64,000 nt of DNA, from contig CP075494.1 of NCBI GenBank assembly GCA_021613535.1, positions 14,756,001-14,820,000 of the forward strand, written 5' to 3'. The stretch comes from Adineta vaga. Lineage: Eukaryota; Animalia; Rotifera. Shown here one piece after another: positions 37,215 to 49,619 of the stretch. The position numbers and the translations under genes were made by a program. Below the pieces are notes generated by a model. It saw nothing but the letters and a program-made list of their open reading frames with translations. It had not been told where the DNA came from and made no database searches. Numbering within the stretch: position 1 is the first letter of the stretch; each line of letters begins with the position of its first letter.

Positions 37215-39981
37215 ATGTCATCGACAGCAGCAGGTTGGATTATCATTTCATTAAATCAATTAATACTTTCATCTCTTCTTAACTAGATAATACAGCGAAT
37301 GATAAACAACGTCAGAAATTATTAATATCCTCTCGTGATTGGGAAACATTAGTTACAGAGTATGATTTCTTTTCTTTTCCTTTTCTCTATCAAATCTATC
37401 TGGATTATATTCTAGTCGTAGTGCCTTACGAAGAGAACATACAGCTTTATCGAAAAATGCTGGTTCCGAACGTAAAAATAATTCACGTCTAGGTCACCAA
37501 ACAGATCGCAGTCGACGAACAGGATATATGAATTATGCATCGGATGCCTCAAGTGAAGAAGATGATGAAGAAGATGATGAAGTGTTAGAACGAGCACGAC
37601 CTGATCAATCTGATTTACCAGCTGAATATTGGCAAATTCAACGTTTAGTTAAATATCTCAAGGGTGGAAATCCTACAGCTACAGTCATTGCCTTATCATC
37701 GATTCGTGATTTTAATCTATCTGTTGAAACATGTCAAATAGCTATTCGTGATGTTGGTGGCCTTGAAGTTCTTGTCAATCTCTTAGAAACCGATGATCTC
37801 GATTGCAAAGTAATGATAAAAATAAATGAAATGTTTTTGAAAGATCAATTTTATTGTTTTAGATCGGTTCGTTACATATTCTAAAAGAAATTTCAAATAA
37901 TAAACATATTCGTCGAAATATTGCTGATCTTGGTGGTTTACAAACAATGGTTAAATTATTGGATGAACCAGAAAAAGATGTTAAATGTCTTGCAGCTGAA
38001 ACAATTGGTAAATAAGCGATTTATTTTGTTAAATAAAGTAGAAATATATATCGATCTATTTATTTGCAGCTCATGTTGCAAAATTTAAACGAGCACGAAG
38101 AGTTGTTCGACAAAATGATGGTATCAAACGATTAGTAAGGTTTTTATGAAAGAAAGCAGATGATGAACTGAATATTTTAGGTTGGACTTTTGGAAAATGC
38201 TTTGATTAGTAGTCATGGATCAAATAATCACATGTCAAGTAGTGAAAATACTAAAAATATTGAAATTGCTCGTGCCGGTGCTTTAGCACTTTGGAGTTTA
38301 AGTCGCTCGAATCGAAATAAGCATGCGATGGAACAAGCAGGTGTTATTCCACTTTTAGCAAGATTATTAAAAAGTTCAAATGATAATATGCTTATTCCTG
38401 TTGCTGGAATCATCGAAGAATGTGCTACTGATGTATGAATAGATTTTATATGTTTTTTTTATGTAGTTTGAGTAAATTTATATTTAGCAAACGTATCGAA
38501 CGGCTGTACGAGGAATGGTTCCCGATTTGGTGAAGAATTTATTGAGCGCTAATGATGATTTGAAAAAACATTGTGCTAGTGCGATCTTTAAGGTTTGATC
38601 ATTAGTTTTCAATCAAAGAAATGAAACGATTTTTTTTGTATTTAGTGTGCTGAAGATAAAGAAATTCGTGATTTAGTTCGAAAATATTTGGGTCTTCGTC
38701 CATTACATGATCTTTTACAAAAAACAGATGATAAACCTTTATTAGCAGCAGCGACAGGTGCTATTTGGAAATGTGCGATATCTCGTGAAGTAATTCTCAT
38801 CCGCCTTTTCTCATTGTCATCTTTACTAAATTTTGATTTTATTATAGAATATTGTACAATTTCAAGATTTTCGAACACTTGAGGCACTTGTTCAGTTATT
38901 GAACAATCAACCCGAAGAAGTTCTAGTAAACGTCGTTGGCGCATTAGCTGAATGTGCGAAAGAATCTGATAATCGAGCAACTATTCGTAAAGCTGGTGGT
39001 ATTGCACCATTAATCAATTTATTAACAACAACTAATCCTGATCTATTAGTTAATACTTGTAATGCCTTACGTCAATGTGCTGAGGAACCTGATAGTATAC
39101 AGTAAAGTCTTTTTTTATTTTTTATGACATTTGTCTTCTAAGAAATATTTCGGTAGAATGATTGATCGTTCGGATGGTGTTCGATTACTTTGGTCACTTT
39201 TGAAGAATCCTGATCCACGAGTCGAAGCTGCAGCTGCATGGGCAATTTCGCCATGTGTGAAAAATATTAAAGTTTGTTTGATAAGTTCCCAAATAGTTTT
39301 GCATAATGAAAATTTTCATTCTAGGAATCCGGAGAAATGGTACGAAGTTTTGTCGGTGGTCTTGAATTGATTGTTTCATTATTGAAAGCAAAAGATGTGC
39401 AAGTCTTAGCAAGTATCTGCGCTGCTGTTGCTGAAATAGCAAAAGACGAAGAGAATCTCGCTGTTATAACTGATCATGGCGTTGTTAAACTTCTTTCAAA
39501 TTTAGTAACACGAGTAAGTTTTAGTTGATTGATTTTCTTTTCAATCTGAAAAACTTGATTTGTGTTTTTCTATTCAAATTAGCATGAAGATATTCTCCGA
39601 CGATATTTAGCTGAAGCGATAGCAGAATGTTGTAAATGGGGAAATAATCGACAAGCTTTTGGAGAAAATCAAGCTGTTGCTCCCCTTGTCAAATATCTAC
39701 GTTCACCTGATCCGAATGTTCATCGAGCAACTGCGAAAGCTTTACACCAATTATCGAAAAATCCTAATAATTGTGTAACAATGCACGATGCTGGTGTTGT
39801 TCGAGTATGTTCTTCTTCCTGAAAATAAAAACATTGAACTCTTCTCTTCATTCGCAAATCTCTTTAGATTCTTATGGATATGGTTGGTTCGAAAGATGAT
39901 GTCCTTCAAGAAAATGCTGCCATATGTATTTCCTATATTCGTCGTTTAGCATTGGCTAATGAAAAATCACGAAATGGTTAA
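37215..39981 (+). CDS. ODAD2: Outer dynein arm docking complex subunit 2 (armadillo repeat protein ARMC4/Gudu)
   Basis: [28 protein letters not shown]...[18 protein letters not shown]; [23 protein letters not shown]; [13 protein letters not shown]; [16 protein letters not shown]; [17 protein letters not shown]. Confidence 0.95.
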
Positions 39982-40240
39982 ATCTCCTGAAACTCTAATT
40001 GAACAGTGAAAATCGATAATCTTTCTTTTTTACTGCACATTTATTTATAACTTCTTTTTTTCTCAAACGAATAAAATCGTCTCAATGCTTTCATAGCTTA
40101 AAACGAAATAACTGTTATTCCAAGATTAAATTTCAATGCAAATATATCGATATAAAATGATACTTAATAATCGATAGCAACTGAATATGTCGTGACTGGC
40201 AATCAGAACAGTTCTCGTTAATGTGTTTTATTTAAATCGT

Positions 40241-40253
40241 GTTGCTATGAAAC
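40241..40253. promoter_or_regulatory. X-box-like element upstream of the ODF3-like gene
   Basis: GTTGCTATGAAAC resembles the RFX site and lies upstream of a ciliary gene. Confidence 0.55.
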
Positions 40254-40929
40254 GAGCTTTGTTTATTTAATCTTCTATTCTTCTTCTTCTTATTATTATT
40301 AATAAGAAAGATTTTTTCATCATTTGTTTCAAATCGTGTAAATCAAATAAATAGACATGGTTAGTCACTTAGTCTCGAATTCCACTTTCGTTTATTTTTC
40401 GCTAACATCTCTAACGAAACGCATAGACACCAACAGAAGAACAAACGAAGAGTGACAACCATAACAACAATAGCATGATTTCAATTTTTTTTGCTTTCTT
40501 TTTATCATCGAGTAATAGAAAAGTGGTAGTAAGTAATAATAAAAAAGAAAAAAAGGAATTCTTCAATACTTCAATGTAAAAAAGAAATGAGAAGAAGAGA
40601 AACAATAGAATGTTACGTTGATTGATTCAAAACTTGCTTGTTTTCTCCTTCTCCCTTCTTTTCTTTTTTCAATATGAGAAGCACACGCACATACATACAT
40701 AAAAAGAGAGAAACGTTTTTTCCGATACTCGATTGTTGTCTCGGGCGTCAAGGCTCCCATTGTCTGTTGTCACCCACACGTTGATAAGAGACCAAACATA
40801 AGAGAAAAAACGTTTACATTATGAACGTGGATAGATGTGAGAAGGAGTTGAAGAAATTTCTTTTAAACAACTGATTTCTTATTGAAAAAATCATATTTTC
40901 AATTTTTTCTTCTAGACTAATCCGAAAAA

Positions 40930-41863
40930 ATGGTGTACACTGAAACCAAGCCACGCGGTCCTATTTCAGCCATGAACTCAACACCTGGTCCAGTTTATCT
41001 CTTACCAGGTCTTGTTGGTAGTGGTTTTCATGATCCACGTTCGGTTCATAACAAACAACCAGCCTATTCATTTGGTCTTCGACATGGCAAATATAAAGAT
41101 GACTCTTCACCTGGTCCATGTTACTTTCCAAATCCAAGAATTTCTCGAACTGGTAAGGATGGTACACCACAATATTCACTCTATGCTCGACGTGGTGATC
41201 TTAAAGGTGATCGCGTTCCAGGTAAATATCAATCATAGTGATCTATATTGAAAAATCATTTGTGTATAATTTTCAATAGGACCAGGCGCTTATAAACCTG
41301 AAGAAAAAGGACCCATGAAAACTGTCTTTCAATCACCACCTTCCTATTCATTTGGTACTCGTCATAAAGCTTATGGTCTTGATAATACACCAGGTAGAAT
41401 TCTATCAATTATTATTCTATATCGACATTTTTCCGTTTATTTAGCACCAAACGCTTATGGTTTACCAGGAATGCTTGGTAAAACAGTTCAAAGTGTGAAA
41501 AAACAAGCACCAATCTATTCCATGACAGGAAGAAGTAAACGTGGTGGTTTTGATGAAGATTTACAACGAACACCGGGACCCGGTACATATATATATATCT
41601 ACTTAGTTTTCATTAAATCTCTATGTTCATCTATTTTCTAAGGAGCCTATACTGTTACCAAACCTGGTATATATAAGAGCGAACCACCTCATTATAGTAT
41701 GATTGCACGAAATGAAATGCCTGGTGATACAACGCAAAAGCCAGGACCGGGTAATTATTCTCCTGAAAAAGTTTGGCTTCATAAACAACAAGCACCTGGT
41801 TATTCATTTGGTATTCGCCATTCCTTATACGAAGCACCATTAATTGTCGAAGTCAAAGAATAA
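40930..41863 (+). CDS. ODF3/CIMAP1-family SHIPPO (PGP)-repeat ciliary microtubule protein
   Basis: KPRGPISAMNSTPGPVYLLPGLVG start and repeated P(A/S)YSFG.R....PGPG.Y units over 4 exons. Confidence 0.9.
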
Positions 41864-42425
41864 ATTCGTCTCTTTTTTTCTTCCGCTCATAGTTTTCTCT
41901 CGGACTTCAGAAAAAGAAAGAATTCTAATCTTCATTTGTTGCTTGTACTATCTTTTTTTTCTATTCTATTTTATATACATACATCGATTCTCTTATTCAA
42001 TGTCTTCTCAATGCATGACACTATTTTCTTGAACTTTGATTTTTATTTCTCCTAAAATAAGAAGAAAGTTCTTTCATTTGATCTGATTACTGATGCAAAC
42101 GAGTAACGAAAAACAACATATCACGTTTCTATGTACACTTGATAAAAATATTTAAAAAAATGCTTTTTTAACTAAAGTAGATAAGTAAATACTTGAATTT
42201 CATAAATCTTCTCATTTTCGTTTTTAATATAAACGAAAGAAAATGACATTCACATATGAGATTAATACATCAAACACTTGAGCAATGAAAAATCGCTGCT
42301 TTCTTTTTCTTCTAACACAGATAAATATCTTACTGATTTTTATTAGTCTATAGAAAGTGAAACATAACAACTGATGATATAAATATTAAGAAAATAGAAT
42401 GAAACAAATTGAGATTAGAAAACCT

Positions 42426-44843
42426 TTAGCATGCTTTTATATTTGAGGAATATGCAGTTGCTGATGTAGGTAAATCATCAGTGCTCATGGATTTCAATAA
42501 TTGATAACGATAATTAAATTCACTGGATTGAGATTGAAGATTTGTACGACGAGAGAGAAAGGATCGAATTATTTGTGGAGCAAATATGAATAAACAAATT
42601 GTTAATATCAAACAAAGAAGAATAAATAATGTTTTTGGTTTTGTATATGTTCCATATTGATTTCGATGAAATTTCATTCGATCAATAGATTTCAATGGAT
42701 AAAATCGAGTTTTATAAATCATAGCACCAAGTGTCCATTGAACATCATTATTATTGACGAGTGAAGCAGAACGTAAACGTTCATAATCAACAGGAAATTT
42801 TAAACCATCGTGAAGAAAAGCATAAAGCCAAGCTGATTTAAAGCATTGTAACCTACACATCAACTTAGATAATTTCTCATGGAAAATTTCACTCAAACTT
42901 ACATCAATCGATTCAAATTCGCATTTCCATAGACTTTCTTATTATACCACTGTTGAATATCATTCCAATTTGCATTACAAAAACCCTACAATAGAAATCA
43001 TATTTAGAAAAATATAATCTTCATCTATTCTTCTTACTGTAGATGCATTGAGAAATGTTAATGATGCATATGGTCCACCAATCTTCAAAACATCTATAAT
43101 ATCGAAATAAACGAATTGTCAAAAATTCCAAACAATGATTTTGTCTTTCCTAACCTTGCATTGTATACCAAAATTCTGAGAATCCATAAAAATCTTGTGC
43201 TTTATAATTTATTTCTGGTTGATAAACTCCATTAAATGAACATGGTTTTCTCATACATGTCGCATTTAAATTAAGTAATGCAACCAAATGTTTTGTACAA
43301 TTAGAGAAATCTCCTTCACCTATTATTTTAACTGTAGTATTAGCTTTGGTAATATTCGTAGAAAAACTACGAGGCAAACAATCTGCATCATTAATTTCAA
43401 TATCAGATGTGTTTGATGTAGAAGAACTAAAGAAAATTAGTTGATAATGGAAACGATTATGGTGAATTTTTACTTCAAAGCAATATTGACGATACGATCG
43501 ATATATTTTTCATAGACTTTATTAACACCATAACCAAGGAATGTAGTGACGTATATTTTATATTTCAATGATTCTTGATGTTCATCATAACCTAATGAGA
43601 ATTCTGCTACCTCCTCACCAAGTACTGGTGTCTATAATGAAAATGAACACGAACAAAGATGATGAAAAGGCCAAAATGAAACTTACAGTTTTTAAAACTT
43701 CAACTAGAAATTGGAAGAAAAACGAAATTATTTTTTATGATGAAAAATTGAAACTTACAAGCAATTTGTGCAGATGCACCACCCATATCAAGAATTCCGA
43801 CAGTTGATGGTCGTGTAGTAACATCATTCGTTCCTGTTTCTAGAATAATACATCTTATCTTTGTTTTTGATAAGATCGAATTTACTTGTTTTAGAATTAT
43901 TATGTTGAAAACGACCAAGAACATAATTAATAGCAATCCAACTATAAATTCCTTCATATTGTCCAGTAATAACTTGAATATGTGTTTTTTCAATAAGAAA
44001 ACTATAATCACGTACGATATCTGTGAATAAATCTTTGAGTAAAAGTTCTTGCTTTCTAAATTATCGATACCAAAACAATACAATTTATTTGAAAAGAAAA
44101 AAAAACTGCTGTTACTCGGGTGATAAGAATCGTAAACCAGCTGTGGCAAGAATGTATACTAAATAAACCGATATGAACGTAAGAAAACACAAGGATTTAG
44201 AGATACTTACAAGGTGTATCAGCATGTTTCGTTAATGGAATTATTTCTGCAGCAAAATCTTGAAGAAAAGAAATTGAATTATTTAACTTAGATTTATTTC
44301 TCAGGTACAATTACCTAATAATGATTTTAGATATTCTGTTGCATTCATCGGTGTATCTGCCATAGATGAAAGACCTGGTTCGATCTTTTTAACAGTTGGT
44401 ACACCATCTTTATCTAATAATTGTTTTATTTGTAATAATTCATTCGGATTTCCAGAATGATCTGGCCATACATAAATATACAATCGTGATCCACTACTTC
44501 CACAATCAATAACAACACCATAATGTAAATCTGACTTTTCATTTCCAACTTTTTTCGGTATATAAACTCCACCGGCATCACCTTTTTGAATATCTTCTTG
44601 ACCTGTTTTGATCGGCGTTGGATCTGCCTATGGACAAAAAACTATTTATATTATTCATCAATCAAGGAGATTTCAAACGAATGACCTTGATATTTTAGTA
44701 AAACTATTTATAGTTCGAAATATTGAATAGAAATTCAATCTATATACCTGATTGAAAACTGCCCATAGAAGAAGACAGCTGATTGTTAAAGATGTTGCCA
44801 TGATTAAGAAGTTACGGTTGCCACAAGGTAACTGCAATGCCAT
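42426..44843 (-). CDS. Ectonucleoside triphosphate diphosphohydrolase 4/7-like (two TM apyrase)
   Basis: ACR1 YGVVIDCGSSGSR followed by WPDHSGNPNELLQI; YILATAG; GILDMGGASAQIA; YVTTFLGYGVN; FYGFSEFWYTM; QCFKSAW; VQWTLGAMIY; N- and C-terminal TM segments. Confidence 0.92.
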
Positions 44844-45013
44844 GATTTATCAAAACATCTGAAAAAGAATGCATGTTTTTCCAAGTAAAAAATCTGTTAA
44901 CTTTAATTACATTGTAAAGAATTGAAGGCAATCATTCTGTAAAAGGAAATATTAATAATTTAATTTTTGTTTTACTTTTACTCTTCTAAATATTCAATAG
45001 ATAGACAGAGTAG

Positions 45014-45078
45014 AATACCAATCAAAATGCTCGACTTTCATTTCATACGTACAGAAAAGAAAGAGGTCCGTATCTGAC
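45014..45078 (-). repeat. Copy A of duplicated bipartite upstream element (upstream of ENTPD)
   Basis: Plus strand AATACCAATCAAAAT-N22-ACAGAAAAGAAAGAGGTCCGTATCTGAC; matches the copy at 47657-47720. Confidence 0.85.
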
Positions 45079-45230
45079 TGTGTAATATATTGAAGACAAG
45101 TATATCGATAGTCAATTCAACTTTGTTTTCTCAGCATAATTTTTGATGAACGACTCAAGTAAAATGAAACAAGATGTTTTAACAAAGAAAAAATAACTTT
45201 CTGATTTATTTATCCAACAAAAAAGAATCA

Positions 45231-47549
45231 TCATCTAGAAGAAGAATTTTTTAATATTTCATTAGAATAAAGTTGTTCTTCTGTTAATAAGGATATTCCT
45301 AATTGATCTTCTTGTCGTAATGGTTGTGCCATATCTTTAAGCCATTTTTTCACAATTTGTACACATTCTTCAATTGATAAATTAGCTAAACTATCGGTTA
45401 AATATTCTTGTATCCATTTCGGAATCTTTTGCCGTTTATCCGATCGTAAAAATCGTTTATCAGCAAAGATCATTATACCATAATCACTTTTACCACGTAA
45501 AACTCGACCAACACATTGTGCTGCATGACGCATTGCATCAAATGTTAAGAAATCATTTTCTCGTATATGAAAATTTTCTCTTAAATAATCTAAACGTGCT
45601 TGTAATATTCGTGATTGTGTATAAACATATGGAATACCAAACATAATAACACATCGACCAAGATGATTATCAAAATCGACACCTTCACTAACTTTACCAC
45701 GTGCAACAGATAATAGAACTGCACCACGACCATTATCACACGCTTTTTGATAATTATATAAAGCTAAAGATGTTTCTACACTATCGGGAGTTTCAATGAA
45801 TAATAATTTATATTTTTGAACTTGTCCTATGATACCTAATTCATACCATGTTGCGACAACATGTTCCATATATGTATACGATGTGAAAAAGCAAACAATA
45901 CCATCCGGAACATGTGTACACATTTCAATAAGTAAAATTCCATAATTACGAATAACAGCTTGATCTTCACGTAATTCAAATTTTGATGTTATAGCAATTT
46001 GATCATTTCCACGTGTAACTATCATTGGAAGAATACACGGACGTGTTAATGTCATCGTAAATGATTCCATAATTGCAGGTGTAAATGAAAGAATCTTTGG
46101 ATACATATCAATTGGTGAAAGAGTACCTAAAGAAAGACTAGACGATGAAAATAATGATACGAAATAAAATTTACCGGATGTAATAATAACTGATTGAAAT
46201 CGATCAAAAACAGGTTTGATTGCAATTGATGAATCCAAACAAGTAAAATGTAAAACAGGATTATAAACTGTTGATTTACTATCGAAAAATGGTTCAATAA
46301 TCAACGTAAAACCTTTTGTATATGTACTGATAATTGTTGCAAAATTACAAAGTAACATTAATGGTTGATATAGATGAATATCTCGTGTTTCTAATGTTCG
46401 TAATAGAGAACGTAAACGTTCCGAACAAAATCGTAATGGTTTACGTTCAATACACACTCGTACTTGTAGATCTTTTAAGAATGATGGTGGTGATTCTTTA
46501 ACAACATGTTGTATATTCATTCTTGTTTTCATATATTCTAAAAAACGTTTGATAAATATCAAAAAATGTTCGGCTTGACGAATATTTCCGGGTATATTTT
46601 CTTGTAAAACATGTTCAGGTAAGATTGGATTGGTTAAAATAACATCAGTTTCACGTTGAATCGCTTGTTCACGAAGACCTTTAACAAGATTTTCATATTC
46701 ATTTTTCAATCGATTTGCATCTTTTAGTTTACTATCTTGTACAAGTATTTTTAAACTTTCCACATTTGCTTGTGCACGTTCAAGAATCTTTCGTGTTAAT
46801 GTTATCGACATGGAATCAATACAAACATTATCTATATTATGTGCTTCATCAAAAATAATAATCGATGTTTTTGGTAATTCTTTCGAAATAATTTCAGCAA
46901 TTTTCGGATCTAATAAATAATGATAAGAATAAACAATAACATTTGCATGAGTTAATATATAACGTGTGAGAAAATATGGACACCAATGTTTAGTTTTACC
47001 ATAAAGTTTCATATCTTCTAAATTATAAATTCCATACGGAATACTTTCTTCACGTCCATTTTTATCATATTGTTCATAGTAAGAACATGTTTTAATCGAA
47101 CGATTTTCTTTCGCTTGTTCACGTATATATGATGCGGTTAAATTCATACATGCACTATCAACTTCTTTTCCTAAACGTAATTGACTAACATCTGGATGAA
47201 TACAGAGATTCTTTCTTGAACTCATGGCAACACCAATAAATTTCTGTTTTTCTTTCGTTTCTTTTTCGTAATAAGCCATTAAACGTTTCATTTCGGACAT
47301 AACTTTTTCAATTTCTGGAACAGTACGACTGCAATAGACTAATTTATTATATTGATCTGGATAACGTCTCATATATGCAATAATAAGTGATAAAAGTGTG
47401 ATGGTTTTGCCAGTTCCTGATGGCATTTCAAGTACGCAATGACCTTTATGATCAAGACCACGTTTGAGTTCTTGCATGTATTTATATTGTTCAGGATAAA
47501 TAAAATCATATGGCATATAAACAAGTAAACCATCTATATTTAGTTTCAT
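45231..47549 (-). CDS. ERCC2: TFIIH helicase XPD (one 48-nt intron, 46127-46174)
   Basis: [31 protein letters not shown], Fe-S cysteines ([13 protein letters not shown]), [12 protein letters not shown]|[36 protein letters not shown]. Confidence 0.97.
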   Translation of the reverse strand: MKLNIDGLLVYMPYDFIYPEQYKYMQELKRGLDHKGHCVLEMPSGTGKTITLLSLIIAYMRRYPDQYNKLVYCSRTVPEIEKVMSEMKRLMAYYEKETKEKQKFIGVAMSSRKNLCIHPDVSQLRLGKEVDSACMNLTASYIREQAKENRSIKTCSYYEQYDKNGREESIPYGIYNLEDMKLYGKTKHWCPYFLTRYILTHANVIVYSYHYLLDPKIAEIISKELPKTSIIIFDEAHNIDNVCIDSMSITLTRKILERAQANVESLKILVQDSKLKDANRLKNEYENLVKGLREQAIQRETDVILTNPILPEHVLQENIPGNIRQAEHFLIFIKRFLEYMKTRMNIQHVVKESPPSFLKDLQVRVCIERKPLRFCSERLRSLLRTLETRDIHLYQPLMLLCNFATIISTYTKGFTLIIEPFFDSKSTVYNPVLHFTCLDSSIAIKPVFDRFQSVIITSGKFYFVSLFSSSSLSLGTLSPIDMYPKILSFTPAIMESFTMTLTRPCILPMIVTRGNDQIAITSKFELREDQAVIRNYGILLIEMCTHVPDGIVCFFTSYTYMEHVVATWYELGIIGQVQKYKLLFIETPDSVETSLALYNYQKACDNGRGAVLLSVARGKVSEGVDFDNHLGRCVIMFGIPYVYTQSRILQARLDYLRENFHIRENDFLTFDAMRHAAQCVGRVLRGKSDYGIMIFADKRFLRSDKRQKIPKWIQEYLTDSLANLSIEECVQIVKKWLKDMAQPLRQEDQLGISLLTEEQLYSNEILKNSSSR

Positions 47550-47656
47550 TTTATCTAGAAATATCTGATGAATAGGTTTTTCAAAAGAAAAAATGAGACT
47601 TCTATATATATATATATATATATGTCTTTGAAACAATCAACAGAACGATCGAATTC

Positions 47657-47720
47657 AATACCAATCAAAATTTTTAAAGCTTTTCCATGATTCACAGAAA
47701 GACAGAGGTCCGTACCTGAC
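47657..47720 (-). repeat. Copy B of duplicated bipartite upstream element (upstream of XPD)
   Basis: Plus strand AATACCAATCAAAAT-N22-ACAGAAAGACAGAGGTCCGTACCTGAC. Confidence 0.85.
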
Positions 47721-48098
47721 ATACCTTAACGGTTTGCTCTTCAAAACGAGAATGATCATTGCGTTTTAGTCATACTTAAAGCTCTTCACGATAAACGGTG
47801 AACTCTTCAGATACATTCAACACAAATATTGCTTCATAAACAGACTTCAATCATTTGAATATTATTTTAAAAATCGCAAAGAGGTTCAAGGAGAAATAAG
47901 CACAAGCAACTGTATTCAGTGGTTCAAATAGAAAAATATAAACTTTACATAATAGAACTAAAGAAGAATGCGTATATATGTATATATTTATGTATATCAC
48001 AGAAGTCAAAATGGAAAGAGATGATTTGAATCTCAGATGAAAGACAAATTAAAAGATAAAACGAGAAACTAACTTCATTCTTTTATAAAGAAATTCGT

Positions 48099-49619
48099 CT
48101 ATGTTTGTTTCTTGTATTGAACATAAGCATAAACTGGGAATGCAAAACAACCAACAACTAAAAGTATCGGAATACCAATGATAACAAGTGCAATAACAGC
48201 AGCAAGAGCAATTGGCGTTAAAATAATCAGTCCAGTAAGAATTGATCCTCGTATAAGCCAACGTAATAAAGCACAATTTGGCCATAATTTATATTTGCAA
48301 CCAAAAACCGAATACTTGGCATCATGTCCAATATAAAGTGGTAATCTCATTCGAGATCCGCAACGATAACAAAATTTTGAATTACATTTTGAACATAACA
48401 TATGATCGCATCCATCGATTTTTTCGATATAAATCAAACATTTTGGACAACGTTGCGCATTTCGTTGATGATTATCCGATCGACGTGCATGCGCCCACAT
48501 ATCCAATTGTGTATGATTTTTTTTAAATTGTCGACATGTTTCATTCGGATGTGATGGAGCATAGCATGACCAACACCATTCTTTATTACATTGTTCACAA
48601 TAAATCCATTGTTCTGATTCTTTACGCAATTTCTTACGATTAATTCTCGGATCATTATCATCAAGAATCGTAATGAAATTACAATGTGGACATAGTTTTA
48701 TATTCGTATGTTGTTTTTCCGCTAAATTTTGAGCTAACATTTCTTGATAACGTTCACGTATTGGTACGGGAATATCCGTATTATATAATATTGTTAAGGA
48801 ATTCATTTCTTCCGAACAGGCTGGACATTCAATTTTAACTTTATTATTACGAATATTTGTTATTGTATGCGTTAAAAGACATGCCGAACAGAGTTTCATT
48901 GAACAACAAGCCATCTGTTTGATTTCATCGGATGAAATAGCGCAGCAACAGATTGGACATTCGTCAAGCTCTGTAGAATTTTGATGAAAACTTGTTGGTA
49001 CCATCTCACTAGAAAAGACGAAATTTAGTTATTTATTTGCAAAAATTTTATTGTCGTATTACATTACTTTTCAACGAATATTTTAGTCATTCTAGTAATG
49101 TACTCACGAACGTTATGATTTAGTCGTTTATATTTAAAAAAAAAATCAAAATTTTATCAATCGAAAATAGTAGCAATGCCGTTGGATTCTTTTTTCCCGA
49201 CAAGAACAGAAAGAAAGAATGGCATCTCACATGTGTTTTACCCTCGTTTTATTATTGAAAGAAAAGAAATGAAAGAATCGATGTAGCTGCTTTTTGAGAT
49301 TTCATAATGACATGAGAAGTTCTCAAAGAAATGGGAAGATTTTCATCTCTCTTCTAATAGAATCCTGAAGGTTTCATTCGACAAATACATCAGAATCTAT
49401 GTCATATTACCGTTTATCCATTGATATAATGATATGATCTTGTTCATTAATTTCAAGTCTTTTCGATGAATCAGTAACAAATATTGATTTTAACGATTGA
49501 TGATGTGTTAAATTATGTTCTGAATTCAGATTGAATTCTTTCGGAGTATTTCCGTTCGAAGAAGGTACCCGTTGATGAAATGGCCACGTTTGTAACCGTC
49601 GATTTTCAGTCGCAGACAT
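48099..49619 (-). CDS. RNF217: RBR E3 ubiquitin ligase with C-terminal TM, RNF217-like
   Basis: RING1-IBR-RING2: NAQRCPKCLIYIEKIDGCDHMLCSKCNSKFCYRCG, then SVFGCKY...LIRGS and a TM segment. The upstream exon starting at 49619 splices in frame (DKR|EMVP). Confidence 0.87.

Noticed and set aside
46127-46174. Apparent 16-aa insertion in XPD in the ORF track
   Set aside because: It is a GT-AG intron of 48 nt without a stop; removal restores TSGTLSP.
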